DNA of 63,383 nucleotides, filler included, from Deltaproteobacteria bacterium (GTDB lineage Bacteria; JACQOV01): NCBI GenBank assembly GCA_016202395.1. It is 4 parts of 4 records of this genome, joined end to end, with 100 filler letters (N's around TTAATTAATTAA, not from the genome) between each part and the next. Parts side by side here need not be neighbours in the genome. Positions count along the whole stretch, not along the records: positions 1 to 25,408 come from JACQOV010000054.1; 3 more parts are not named here. One strand, 5' to 3'. Shown piece by piece: positions 1 to 10,700 of this stretch (position 1 is its first letter; each line of letters starts with the position of its first letter). The notes under the pieces were generated by a model. It saw only the letters and a program-made list of their open reading frames with translations, ran no database searches and was not told where the DNA came from. The position numbers and the translations under genes were made by a program.

Positions 1-75
1 ATTTTACATATTAAAAAATGGATTTCGAGTGAAGTCATTGAAACCTACCAGAAGATGGCCTTTCTCAGTGGCCCT
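1..75 (+). pseudogene. Possible remnant of the N-terminus of a second AAA_14/DUF4143 ATPase, cut within Walker A
   Basis: Frame 1 reads ILHIKKWISSEVIETYQKMAFLSGP. This resembles the family start KMxFxxGP(RQVGKT) and the neighbour's QMRFIVGPRQVGKT, then diverges at a repeat at 81-108 and stops at 111. Confidence 0.4.
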
Positions 76-80
76 CTAAA

Positions 81-108
81 ACTCTTAATCTCGCGCCTAG
101 CGCCGCTG
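81..108 (+). repeat. Imperfect 28-bp direct repeat, copy 1 (copy 2 at 1429-1456), flanking the ATPase gene
   Basis: ACTCTTAATCTCGCGCCTAGCGCCGCTG vs ACTCCTGATCTCGTGCCTAGCACCGTTG: 23/28 identical, all differences are transitions. Confidence 0.7.
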
Positions 109-110
109 TA

Positions 111-174
111 AGTCAAGACTCCTTTTCCCTATAGGTAAAAAGAGTCTTGACTATTTTTACTGATAGGTTAAAAT
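111..174 (+). promoter_or_regulatory. Sigma70-like promoter with overlapping inverted repeat; probably leaderless transcript
   Basis: TTGACT(147-152)-N16-TAAAAT(169-174), GTG start at 181; inverted repeat AGTCAAGACTC(111-121)...GAGTCTTGACT(142-152). Confidence 0.55.
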
Positions 175-180
175 AGTCTT

Positions 181-1413
181 GTGATCCAAAGACGTTTAGC
201 CTCTATCTGTTTCGACGAGAGTTTTGGTCGGCAAATGCGCTTTATTGTCGGCCCTCGACAGGTAGGGAAAACCTTCCTAGCCAGAGAGTTTCTAAAATCG
301 GTGCGATGCGATTCCCTGTACTTCAACTGGGACACCCGTCCCATCCGAGCCGCCTACCGACAGGATCCTCACTTTTTCATCAAAGAGATCTACAATAGGC
401 CAGAGATCCCTCGACCCTGGTTCTGCTTCGATGAAATCCACAAAATGCCACGATGGAAGAATCTCCTCAAAGATTTCTTCGATTCCTACGAAGACCGATG
501 CCGTTTTATCGTCACCGGCAGCGCAAAACTCGATATGATGCGGTATACCGGGGAAAGTCTCCTAGGCCGATATTTTACCTTTCGGCTTTACCCTCTTCGA
601 TGGACGGAATGCTTAGGTCGGCCCATTCAAGACAAACAAATCCCGCAAGATTCATTGCAGTTCATCGAACAGTGCCTCGCAGGAAAAGAGCCGGCCCACG
701 GTGAACTCAAGCAATTGCTTGAATGCGGTGGTTTCCCCGAACCGTTCCTCGCGGGAACAAAAACATTTATCCGGAAATGGCAACACGATTATTTAGACCG
801 TTTTATCAAGGAAGATCTGCGAGATTTAACCCGCATTTTAGAGGTTGAGAACGTTTTCCAATTAGTAGAAATCCTCCCCTCCAAGGTGGGCAACCCCCTT
901 TCGCTCAATGCGCTTCGAGAGGATATGGAAGTCAGCCACACCGCCATTCGCAACTGGTTAAGGGCCCTTACATTGACTCATCTCATATTTTTCCTGAGAC
1001 CGTACTCCAAACGGATCGCACGAACCGTCAAGAAAGAAAGCAAGTGTTATTTTATGGACTGGAGTCGGATTCGTGAGCCCGGCGCCCGCTTTGAAAATTT
1101 CGTAGCCGCTGAACTGCAAGCCTTCTGCAGCAGCCTCAGCGATTCCGGATACGGAGATTATCATCTGCACTTCTTCAGAACGAAGGAAGGAAATGAATCC
1201 GATTTCCTAATCGTTCGGGAAGGTAGGCCTTGGTTACTACTGGAGGCAAAATTGCAGGAGACCCAGATAGCCTCTCATCACCGCTTGCATGCGAGTCTCC
1301 TGGGAGATATCCCCTTCGTACAACTGGTGCAGGCCTCCGATGCCCTTCGAGTGGAGGAGAAAAAACACTTTGTGATCTCTGCGGATCGCTTTCTCGCCAA
1401 CCTTCCATCCTAG
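181..1413 (+). CDS. AAA+ ATPase, AAA_14 + DUF4143 (COG1373-like)
   Basis: Walker A GPRQVGKT, Walker B FCFDEIH, VTGS, GGFPE, KxYFxD, and C-terminal ExDF...EAK nuclease-like motif. Confidence 0.9.
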   Translation: MIQRRLASICFDESFGRQMRFIVGPRQVGKTFLAREFLKSVRCDSLYFNWDTRPIRAAYRQDPHFFIKEIYNRPEIPRPWFCFDEIHKMPRWKNLLKDFFDSYEDRCRFIVTGSAKLDMMRYTGESLLGRYFTFRLYPLRWTECLGRPIQDKQIPQDSLQFIEQCLAGKEPAHGELKQLLECGGFPEPFLAGTKTFIRKWQHDYLDRFIKEDLRDLTRILEVENVFQLVEILPSKVGNPLSLNALREDMEVSHTAIRNWLRALTLTHLIFFLRPYSKRIARTVKKESKCYFMDWSRIREPGARFENFVAAELQAFCSSLSDSGYGDYHLHFFRTKEGNESDFLIVREGRPWLLLEAKLQETQIASHHRLHASLLGDIPFVQLVQASDALRVEEKKHFVISADRFLANLPS

Positions 1414-1428
1414 CAACCCTACCGCTTG

Positions 1429-1456
1429 ACTCCTGATCTCGTGCCTAGCACCGTTG
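1429..1456 (+). repeat. Imperfect 28-bp direct repeat, copy 2
   Basis: Matches 81-108 at 23/28 positions. Confidence 0.7.
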
Positions 1457-1673
1457 GATGAGGTGTTAAGGAAATTTACGATGGGGGTGTGAAATAATTT
1501 TACGCCTGTAACTCATTGAATATTAAAGGATTCCAAACATTCCGATGAATTCTGTGTATAATATTTTTAACACCCCCACCCTGCGGAATGAGGGTTTCTC
1601 TTTAAACCAAAAACATTAAAAACACTAGAACTTCCGATAGGTTAGAATCAATTCCCAAGCGCCGCCACCTTCT

Positions 1674-1689
1674 TGGCATGGAACTTGCA
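1674..1689 (+). promoter_or_regulatory. Sigma-54 (-24/-12) promoter for the Rhs operon
   Basis: TGGCATG-GAAC-TTGCA with GG(1675-76)-N10-GC(1687-88), about 50 bp upstream of the start at 1742 and preceded by a long AT-rich region. Confidence 0.75.
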
Positions 1690-1741
1690 TTGATCCATCT
1701 CGAAGAAGAGGTTTTAAAAACCAAATAAAGGGGGGCCCAGA

Positions 1742-4700
1742 GTGTTTTTAACATTCATCCAGAAGAATCGTTTCCTAACGATTGCTCGAAAAATCGTCTC
1801 TTCTGCGGTTTTGTTCAGCCTCATCTATGGCCCGCTCCTCCAGAATCAACCGGCTTATGCCTCCTCGGTCGATGGGGCGGCTGCTGCCGGAGAGGCCAAT
1901 CGAGAACAGGCTTTTTCAACCAATTCTCTGAGCGCCTCCAACTATTCGGTGGATGCGAAAGGGAGCCTCTCTCATGGTTTATCACTTCCTTTGATTCCGC
2001 AAGGGAGAGCTGGAGGTCAACCTAACATCGGCGTTTCGTACAGCAGTGCGAGTCATTTGTTAGACGGAGTGGTAGGATTCGGTTGGGGACTCAATCTCTC
2101 TGCTATTGGGCGCGTTGGACTCAGTGAATTCTCCCCTTCTCCGCATCATGACACCTCGGATCGTTTCAATACACCGTGGGGATTGGTGGTTCCGATTGGG
2201 GATCCACGCGAGAAAGATCAGATCGAATATCGTTTAACCACCGGGCCCCATCAGGTTCACTTCACCTTCGACCGTGTTCAAAACATCTGGATCGTGCGCG
2301 ATCTGGAGACAGGCTCGCGGCAGATCTTTCGCGACCTCAAGGGGGATCCCAAAGATCGTCCCGATGTGGGGAGTAGCGGTTGTCATCTGGAACTTCCGGC
2401 CGGTTCGGCTCCTGAAACATGCACCTCCGAAAACCCTTTATGGCAGGCGATTTGTAACTTTGATCCGAGGGCTGGCTTGGGACCGGAGGATTTTAAGCCG
2501 GATCTGGGAGCGGAGGCCCCCTTCGATTGGGGGAGTTCCATTGATGCCTCGCGTGTCGGCGGTTTAAGCGATCACCTGCAACAGGCGGTCGGAACAACCA
2601 TTCAAGAGGCAATCCACGAAACCGGGATCCTGGACGGGGATGGAACGACTCGTCTTCCAGGGACCGGATCGGGCCCCACGGTTCCAACGTCGGCCAGCGC
2701 GCCTCAGGCTCTCACGTTGCCAGGGCCGTATGACCAGGCCAATCAGACCGATCAATGGCAACTCGAACAGGTGATCGACGAATTTGGGAATACGATCCAG
2801 CATTATTACGCCTCTTGTTCCACGGCGGGGGGCTCCTTCAACGTCTTTCATTGGAATGGGGTCTGTTGGGATGGTTGGAAAGATCCTTCCAGCGCCTCTT
2901 CCTCTCTGGAGGTTGCTCCGCAGTTCTGCGCTCGAGCCCTGTATGGGGTGAGAGATCGAAACTATCGGATAGACAATGGAATCTTCGCTCCAGAGCTCCT
3001 CTCCGCAATCGAGATTCGCCCGGTGATCAGTTTGCAAATGGACAACACCCCCATCTTGGATGAAAACTTTACGAACATCCGTATGGAGATGAAATACGAT
3101 TCCGACCCATCGCGGTTTAAAGGGGCACAGCTGTCGCAAGTGACCGTGGTGAATGGGGATGGGGAGTCGGTCATGCCATCGCTTAAAATCGATTACAACA
3201 ATGCCGTTGAGACAATCCCTAAAGACCGTCGGATCAAAGCCTTCTGTGAGCAGCCGGTGGTCTACCCTTTTTATCGGCCGAAGCAAGCGGAATGGCTGGT
3301 TCCTTCGGGCTCGGAACAGCAGTATGTCCCGGAGATTCAAGACCCCTATCGCGGAACTCGCTGGCCCTATGCAGCCATGGCCGAGAGCCCTTTGAACCAG
3401 GCGGAGCTGCACTATAATGGCGACGGTTTTCAGATTACCGCCCAAGGGCTTCACGAGATCGGCAATATCACTCAAAAGGAGTCCTCCGACAACACACAGG
3501 GGGAGACAGATAGTGGCGTCTATCGTTTGGATAGTCCTAATAGCGACAACGGTTATGAGGGAGGGGCAGATGGGACCCGTCGTCCCGATGTCCTTGTGAC
3601 AGGCTACAATCCGAGCTACCGAGAGTCGGTCGATTCTGACGATGTGGATGAGGCCGATGTGTATCAGGACAAGGAGACGGGGAAGTACTATCGTCCGTAC
3701 TATGTTCCGTCCTGCGATGAAGGGCTCGCTCATCAGGTCTATTATGGTCTACGGAAGGATGAATGCCCTCCAGAGGCCTTTAGCAATTACGATCAGCTCG
3801 ACCCCAAGTTTAGCGGCTGTTTTGTCCTTGGAGATTACCTCTGGCTCATCGATGACGTGAACGGGCGGGGAGGCGAGGAACAAGTAGAATTTTGGGGGGG
3901 AGATGCCGTTCGGTGTAACGACTATCGTGACATGACCACGGACCAACGGAGAGACAGCGAGGCCGATCTGATGGTCGCCTGGGTCGATCTGGATGGGGAT
4001 GGATTGGAAGAACCGGTGGGGAAGGATCAAGGGGGTGACCCTGTGGATTGTCGCATTCTCCACAGCCGAAATAACTTTAGCTATCAAACTTGCATGGAAG
4101 GCAGTGGAACAGAATGCGCGGATCCTCAATCGGCTCTCTCCCTGTATATGGCGAGTAATTATGCCGACTCGGTGGATTCAGGAGGGGTGGAGTTGGATTG
4201 TGATTCTAGCAAGCGGTTCAAGGATGGGACCGGCACTTGTGAGCCTATTGATTTTGATGACAACTGTACCCGATTCGGTGGATTGCCTTTGAATAAGGAG
4301 TTGAGCGACATCCATATTCCGGACAGTGATCACGATACCCAGTATGTTAGAACCCAATTTCTCGACATCGATGCGGATGGAGACCAGGATTGGATCCAAG
4401 TGGATGATGGAGCCAATACGATTAACATCTGGTGGAATAATGCGGAGAGGGTTAAAAACGCTGCCAATGATGCCAACGTCAAATTTGACCCCGATCAGGT
4501 TGCTTTCTGCACCGTCCCGGAGTCTCAAAGAGACATCATAGAAGAAACAGATTTAGAAAAACTTCTCTGTCCTGTGACGATCTCCCCGGCCGTTGGTTAT
4601 TTCAACCGCACGAAGAAAGGGAAGACCCTCGACACAATGTCGGACCTTTACGCGGCGCCAGGCTCGGGGTCACTTCCAGAGTTTCTCGATGCCGAGAATG

Positions 4701-7700
4701 ATGGTAAATGTCACAGAGATTGGACAGATCTCCCCTTAGTCGGTGGAGATGTGGGGAATCTTCGTTTTGCCGAAGAGGGACAGTCGATCTTCGTTCCCAA
4801 ACTCCCTGACGAGTATAAAGAGCCGACGGATAGAAAGATATCGACACGGCAAGAAAAAGATGATGACTATTGGTCTGGGATTTTCTATTTCGGTGGAGCC
4901 TCTTGGGCTTCAAGACAGGGGGAAGAAAGTGGTGGGATGATGTACTGCTCCACCTGGCAGAATGAGAAAGACAAGGATCGCGATGGCCTTGCCGAATGGA
5001 TTTGCTATCCTTTCCACCGTAATGAGGACTGTAAGGCCGAGGGTTCCGGTGATTGTTTAGAAGAGACTCAATCGTGCGGTTCCACGCCGTCCTATGTTAG
5101 CTACTTTGATCCTAAAACGGAGTATCGGATATTGGCTCCCACGACCTCCCGTTATTGGACAGAAGAGAAGAAGGGGGTTGATTACTCTTATCCGTTTGAT
5201 TGCAACGGCGATGGGAAGATTGATGATCAGGATACGGAGATCGGGTGTGTGGCAAACTATCATGCGAACTCTGTCGTTTCGACGACCCTTTTCACCGACG
5301 ATATGAATGGGGATGGGATCACCGATATTGTGGACCTCCGTGAGGAGGACGGGGAGATCCCCGATCATGACCCGTCCCATGTGGGGGGATGGTCGGTTTA
5401 TCATGGGTGTACTCCTGAACCGGATTCGGTTGCAGGTCCCCAGTCATGCGATCATTGTCCTGAGGGGCCGACCTCCAAGTACTACACTAAGACGGTCAAG
5501 GATTTTGATGGGGGACTTTTGAGCCAGATCGACGATGGGATGGGGGGGGTGACCACCTTTGAGTGGGCCGATGCGGAGGATTATCGTTTTGAGCTTCAAG
5601 GGGAGCCGTACTCCAACCATCTCCGAGGGATCCCCATGATCCGACAGGTGACCACATCAAAATTTGGCGACGGGCTCGAAGAGTTCCGAGAGGATGGGAC
5701 CAACACGCCGGTCTACAAACGGTACACCTACAAAGGGTGTTTTGCCGATCGGAGCGGGGCTTTTGCGGGTTGCCCTGCCGTTACGGAACAGGAATGGAGC
5801 GGGGGCGGTTCTTATATCAAATCGACTACCCACTACTTAATGGAGTTCCCAGAAGAGTGGGGGATTCACATCGCCGACTACACCGATTTAAATCCTCCTA
5901 CCACCCTTCCGAATCCGGCCGGGAGCGGGCAAGATTACTGGCCTACCGAGGAATTTCGCAAGAAGGTGAAAGGGGCCCCTTGGGCCAAAGGGACCGTCGC
6001 CGCAGAGTATACCCCCGGTTCTCTGGATCCAAAAGAGCCTCCGCCTCAGTTTGAGATCTTGCAAGAGTCTTACCAACTGAGCCTCTTTCCAAGCGCTCCC
6101 ACCACCGTCAGTGAGTACGGTCCTTTTAAAACGATTTTTCCGTTTCCGAATCGTGTTGTTGAGATTCAGAAGATCGGTGAGGAGTATTCCGTGCGCGAAA
6201 AGGATTTTCTGTATGAGGCGCCGACCTCGAGCTCTCCCCAAACCTTTGTCGGTTATCTAAAAGCGGCACAGGATCTCGGTTACACAGCGGGGGGTGAAAA
6301 CGGGATTCCCTCTCATCGCGATGTCACGGAATATGCCAGTTTCTCCGATGCTCAAGGGCTCTTGATTAAGGTGGCCGCGCAAAAGAGGTGTCGAGATGCT
6401 AATGAGTTAGATTCCTCCGCCACCTGCGGTTTGTCCACTGCCTCGATGTATCAGCAGTTTGATTATAGTTACGACTCGAATCATGTGTTGACCTCTCTCA
6501 CCACGACTGCGACGACGAATGGTGGGTATGGGGCTGCTTCAAGCCTGGAGCAGATAGAGGAGTACGACGCTTATGGTCATGCGATTCAGGTTACAGCGAC
6601 GGAGAGGTCCCTGCAGGGAACACGTCAGAGCCAGAGCCAGTTTGAATATGGGAGTTTATCTTCAACATCGCCGGTTGACGCGGGTCGATTCCTTATGAAA
6701 GTGAGTGAGAGTGGCGATGGGGTGGCCTCCACGGTTCAATATTTTGATTGGGATCGGAATCTTTCACGGCCGACCTTTGAGAGCCGCGTTTTTGGAGCGG
6801 CTGACGATCCGGGCGATGTGGAGAGCTGTTTAGCCGACACGAATTGTAGCGAAGGAGGGGTTGGAAGGAGTTTTGATCTTTTGGGGCGCCCGGTTCGAGA
6901 AACTCACTTCGTTCCTGCAGGCACGGATGCAAAGACGGCAATGTCCCAGTGTTATTACTACTCGGATGGGAAAGGGCCAACGATGTGGACGGCTGCGATG
7001 GCTCGGGACGGCGATGCCTGTTGGGAGACATTCCCCTCGGAGTCGACGCGGAAGAGCTACCCTTTTCAACGGAGTTACTCCTCGGGGTGGGCGGTTCTGA
7101 ATGGGGAGAGTTCTAGTGACGGGAGATCGATCCTTCTGCAGAAGACCCTTTTTGATGCGGATGGGGCTGTTGCCGCGACATCGCAGTGGGGGACCGATCT
7201 CAATCAGGTAAAATGGTCCTCGCAGAAGCATGACGTTTTAGGGAGAGTCACCCGGATGACCTTGACCACGGGTGATTCAGTGGGGATCGATACCCAGCTT
7301 CAAGAAATTGAGTCTACCGATCCCAATTGGCAGGCCGGTTCACTCAACAGGTTGCGCCGCACCTTAACCGTAGGGGCCCATGGGGAGACAACTCATGTTC
7401 TTTTGGAACAGGGGGAGGGGCAAGCGGTTCTAGAGGCCTCTTATGAGCAGTACGGTTTGGCAGGAGGGGCGAATCAGATCGTTCTAGAGCCCCGCGTGAC
7501 CGGTTTGGGAGAGGCGGGGATCTCCCACAATGTCGTGATTCAGAATCAGCGCGATTCCTGGGGGAGGATTATTAAAACGAATCGCCTCGAAAGCGGAACA
7601 CATCGGGTTCTGTACGATGGGATGGGGCTCCCTCTTATCAAGCAATGGCTGGATGGGAGTGCTGTTCTGCGGACCCAGTTCATTCGTTACGATGGGCACA

Positions 7701-10700
7701 GCCGGCCGCTAGAGATTCAATTTTTGCCGGCGATGGCCTATTCGACTCCTTTGTCGAGCACGACAAGTTTCCCCAACATGGATTTGTTGCGAGCTGAGGC
7801 AAATGTCTTAATCACGTATCAGTACGATACGAATCCCTTCACGGAGGGGGACGACGGTTGGGACGATTGCTCCAACGTAGGGTTGATCGGGAGTGAGACT
7901 CGGACGGAGCGAGAGGATCTCGATGGGAACGGGAGCTACGAAGAGGAGTTCACGCAGATCCAAGAGCTTTGCTGGGATAGAGCGGGACGGATTAAAAAAC
8001 AGCGGCTTTCTCAAGATCAGGAAGGGGATAACCTCCTCCCCAGATCTTACAAGAGTCAGCTGCGTTACGATGTCTACAGCCGCGTGGTGGAACGGGAGGA
8101 TCTCTACGAGGATGGAGAGGGAAAGAGCAGCGGGGTGGTGACTGCCTATCGATGGAAGGATCACCTGCCGCAGTTGAGCTCTAATGGCTCGGCGATTGTG
8201 GTCGGTTACAGTGGAAAGAGCCTCACCCTTGTCGATAAGGCTTTCTATGATGAAAAGGGGCGGCTGACGGCTCTACTCTTCGGGAATGGGACGGCCATCG
8301 ATTACACCTTTGATGACGATGAACGTCTCTCAGCGCTCTTCGGCTGTGCGAAAGAGGATTTTGACACAACCACCGGTGTTTGCAAGATGGTGGAGCGAGC
8401 CGATCAGTCTCTCCTTTTCCAGACGATCACCGACCGAGACCCCTCAGGGCATATCCTCCAGGTGACCGAGGGCCCGGTTCGGTGGTCAACGCGGCGTCAG
8501 ACGGAGGATCTGGTTTGGAATTTTGATTACAACGGCCTCCATCAATTAACAAGCGCTAAGGCTCAGTGGGAAAAAGAAGGAAAAGAATTCTACTGGGAGC
8601 AATTTCATTACGATGGCCTCGGCAACCGCGCTGTGGTTGATAACTGGGCCGAAGTCTGCGAGGAGAGTGCAAGTCAGCCGGCCTCAGCCTCTTCGACTCC
8701 AACGGTTCAGCTCGATCCGAAAGTCCTTTCCCGAGGAGGGCATTACCAAGTTCCCGATTCGTTCCGTAGGGCGGGCGGTTCCCTGGACCCAAGTGTTCCT
8801 ATCCCACAGCCGCAGCCGGTTCCTGTTCCTGGCACCTGTTCTCGATGGGAGGGAGATCAGCAGTATCTGTATGGGAACAACGACCGTTTGGCCTCGATCA
8901 TGGTAGAGCCTCTCGATGGAGGAAATGAGCAAACGGAGCGTTGTTTTCACTGGAATCCCGATGGAACCTTGGAGAAGGATTGGGTTCCCAAAGAGGGGGG
9001 GAGTTGCAGCAGCACCCAATCATCGACATCGGGATGGAGCGGAGGAAAAGAGCTCTTCTGGAACGCGGCAGGGAGACTGCAACGTGCTAAGATCCACGCG
9101 GAAGAAGGGATTTCAGAAGGGACCTACTTCTATGGTGTTGATGGGAGACGGGTTCGGAAGGTCGAGACCCTCGCTGGTGGTACCACGAGGCTTACCGATT
9201 ATTTCGGCGACCAGCTCACTGCGGTTGACAACATTCCAATTCGGTATTTTGGGATCCCTGGCACTTCTATGGTGGTTGCCTCGTTGCAAGACACCAGTTT
9301 AAGTTTTGAGCCAACCCCAGTGTCGGGGCCGATCGCTTGCGGCCTTTTTACCTCTAGCAACCCCGATACTCAGAATCCGTGGGGCTTGTTGGCGGTTTTG
9401 TTTTATTTATTTTTGTTCATTGGGCTTTGGCGGTGGAAGATTCGGTTCCATCCCGGGATCTTTGAAGGGATCGCTTTGGCGGTGGCCGTGATTTTCTTTG
9501 TCGAGGTCTCCATGCCGTATTCGGTTCAAGCAGCGCCGGTTCGCCAGAAGCAGAACTTAACAACCAGCCAAACACAGGCATCGGAATCTGCAGAATGCAC
9601 CCCCGACCCGGAATCTTCCGCCCGATTCTTTATGAACGATTACCGAGGGAATCTGGCGGTGGTGACCGACTCTAAAGGGTGCACGCTCCAGGCCCAGGCC
9701 TACACCGCCTTTGGTCAGGACGCCTGCGATCTGAACCCCGATCTCTGTATGGATGCCACCTCCACGCCAACGCTGGCGTCTTCGGCCGATCCTGATTTTA
9801 TCGGCAAGGTGAAGGACGAGGTGACCGGCTATACCGTGACCGATGCCCGTGACTACGATCCGACGCTGGGCCTCTTTATCAGCCCCGAGCCTCTCGATGA
9901 ATTGGCCATCCAGATCAGTGGGGGGGACGTGCAGGAGCTCTATAAAGACCCTCTCCGGATGACCAGCCCGTACGCCTACGCAGGGAACAACCCGATCAAC
10001 CTGGCCGATCCCAGCGGCGAGTTTGGCATACTCGCTTGGGCCATTGCTCAACTTCTTATTAAATTTCTTGTTGCCTTTACCATTGCGATGATACCGCAGA
10101 TCGCTGTGGGGATTGCTGCGAAGATGCAAGGGGTGGAGTACGATTGGGGAAGGGCATTGGCCGCAGCGGCGGTCACGGCCCTTGCTTACGTGGCGTTTGT
10201 AGAGTTCGTGGGGCCCTCCCTCAATAGCTTTGCCATCGAGCACAATATCCCTGTTGTGAAAACACTTTTCGCGAGTCGTGCTTTCCAGATGGCCGCTAAA
10301 ATGGGGGCAGGAGATCTTGCATCCATTACGGGAAATCTGGCGACCCAAAGAGGAAACATGGGGAAGGCCAGTTTCTGGGAGAAGCCGTTCCGAAACTTCC
10401 GAGATAATTTTACTCCCATGGATGCCTTCTTTGTCGAGTTTGATTTTGCTCAAGGGATGGGGGCCTTCCCCTTTATGAAGAATCTTGGAAAAGTAACCGT
10501 TGTGGGTTATCGTCTCGCTCGGAGCGCTTTGCGAACTGGCTACGAACTCAATGTGGCGTATCAACGATACCAGCAGCAGACGATCCAATTAGGATTCGAG
10601 GTGGGACATTGGTTGGCCCAATCGCTAGCTAGCTTTGTTGGAGGTGTGGTTCAAGACATGGTAGGGCCTCCTCTAGCTGACATATTCCTCTACAATCATT

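Noticed and set aside
2564..10588. Long antisense ORFs (389 aa at 2564-3733, 343 aa at 9557-10588) and similar shadows over polA, nrdJ and the fibres
   Set aside because: They lie entirely opposite well-supported genes and have no recognisable motifs; consistent with codon-bias shadows.
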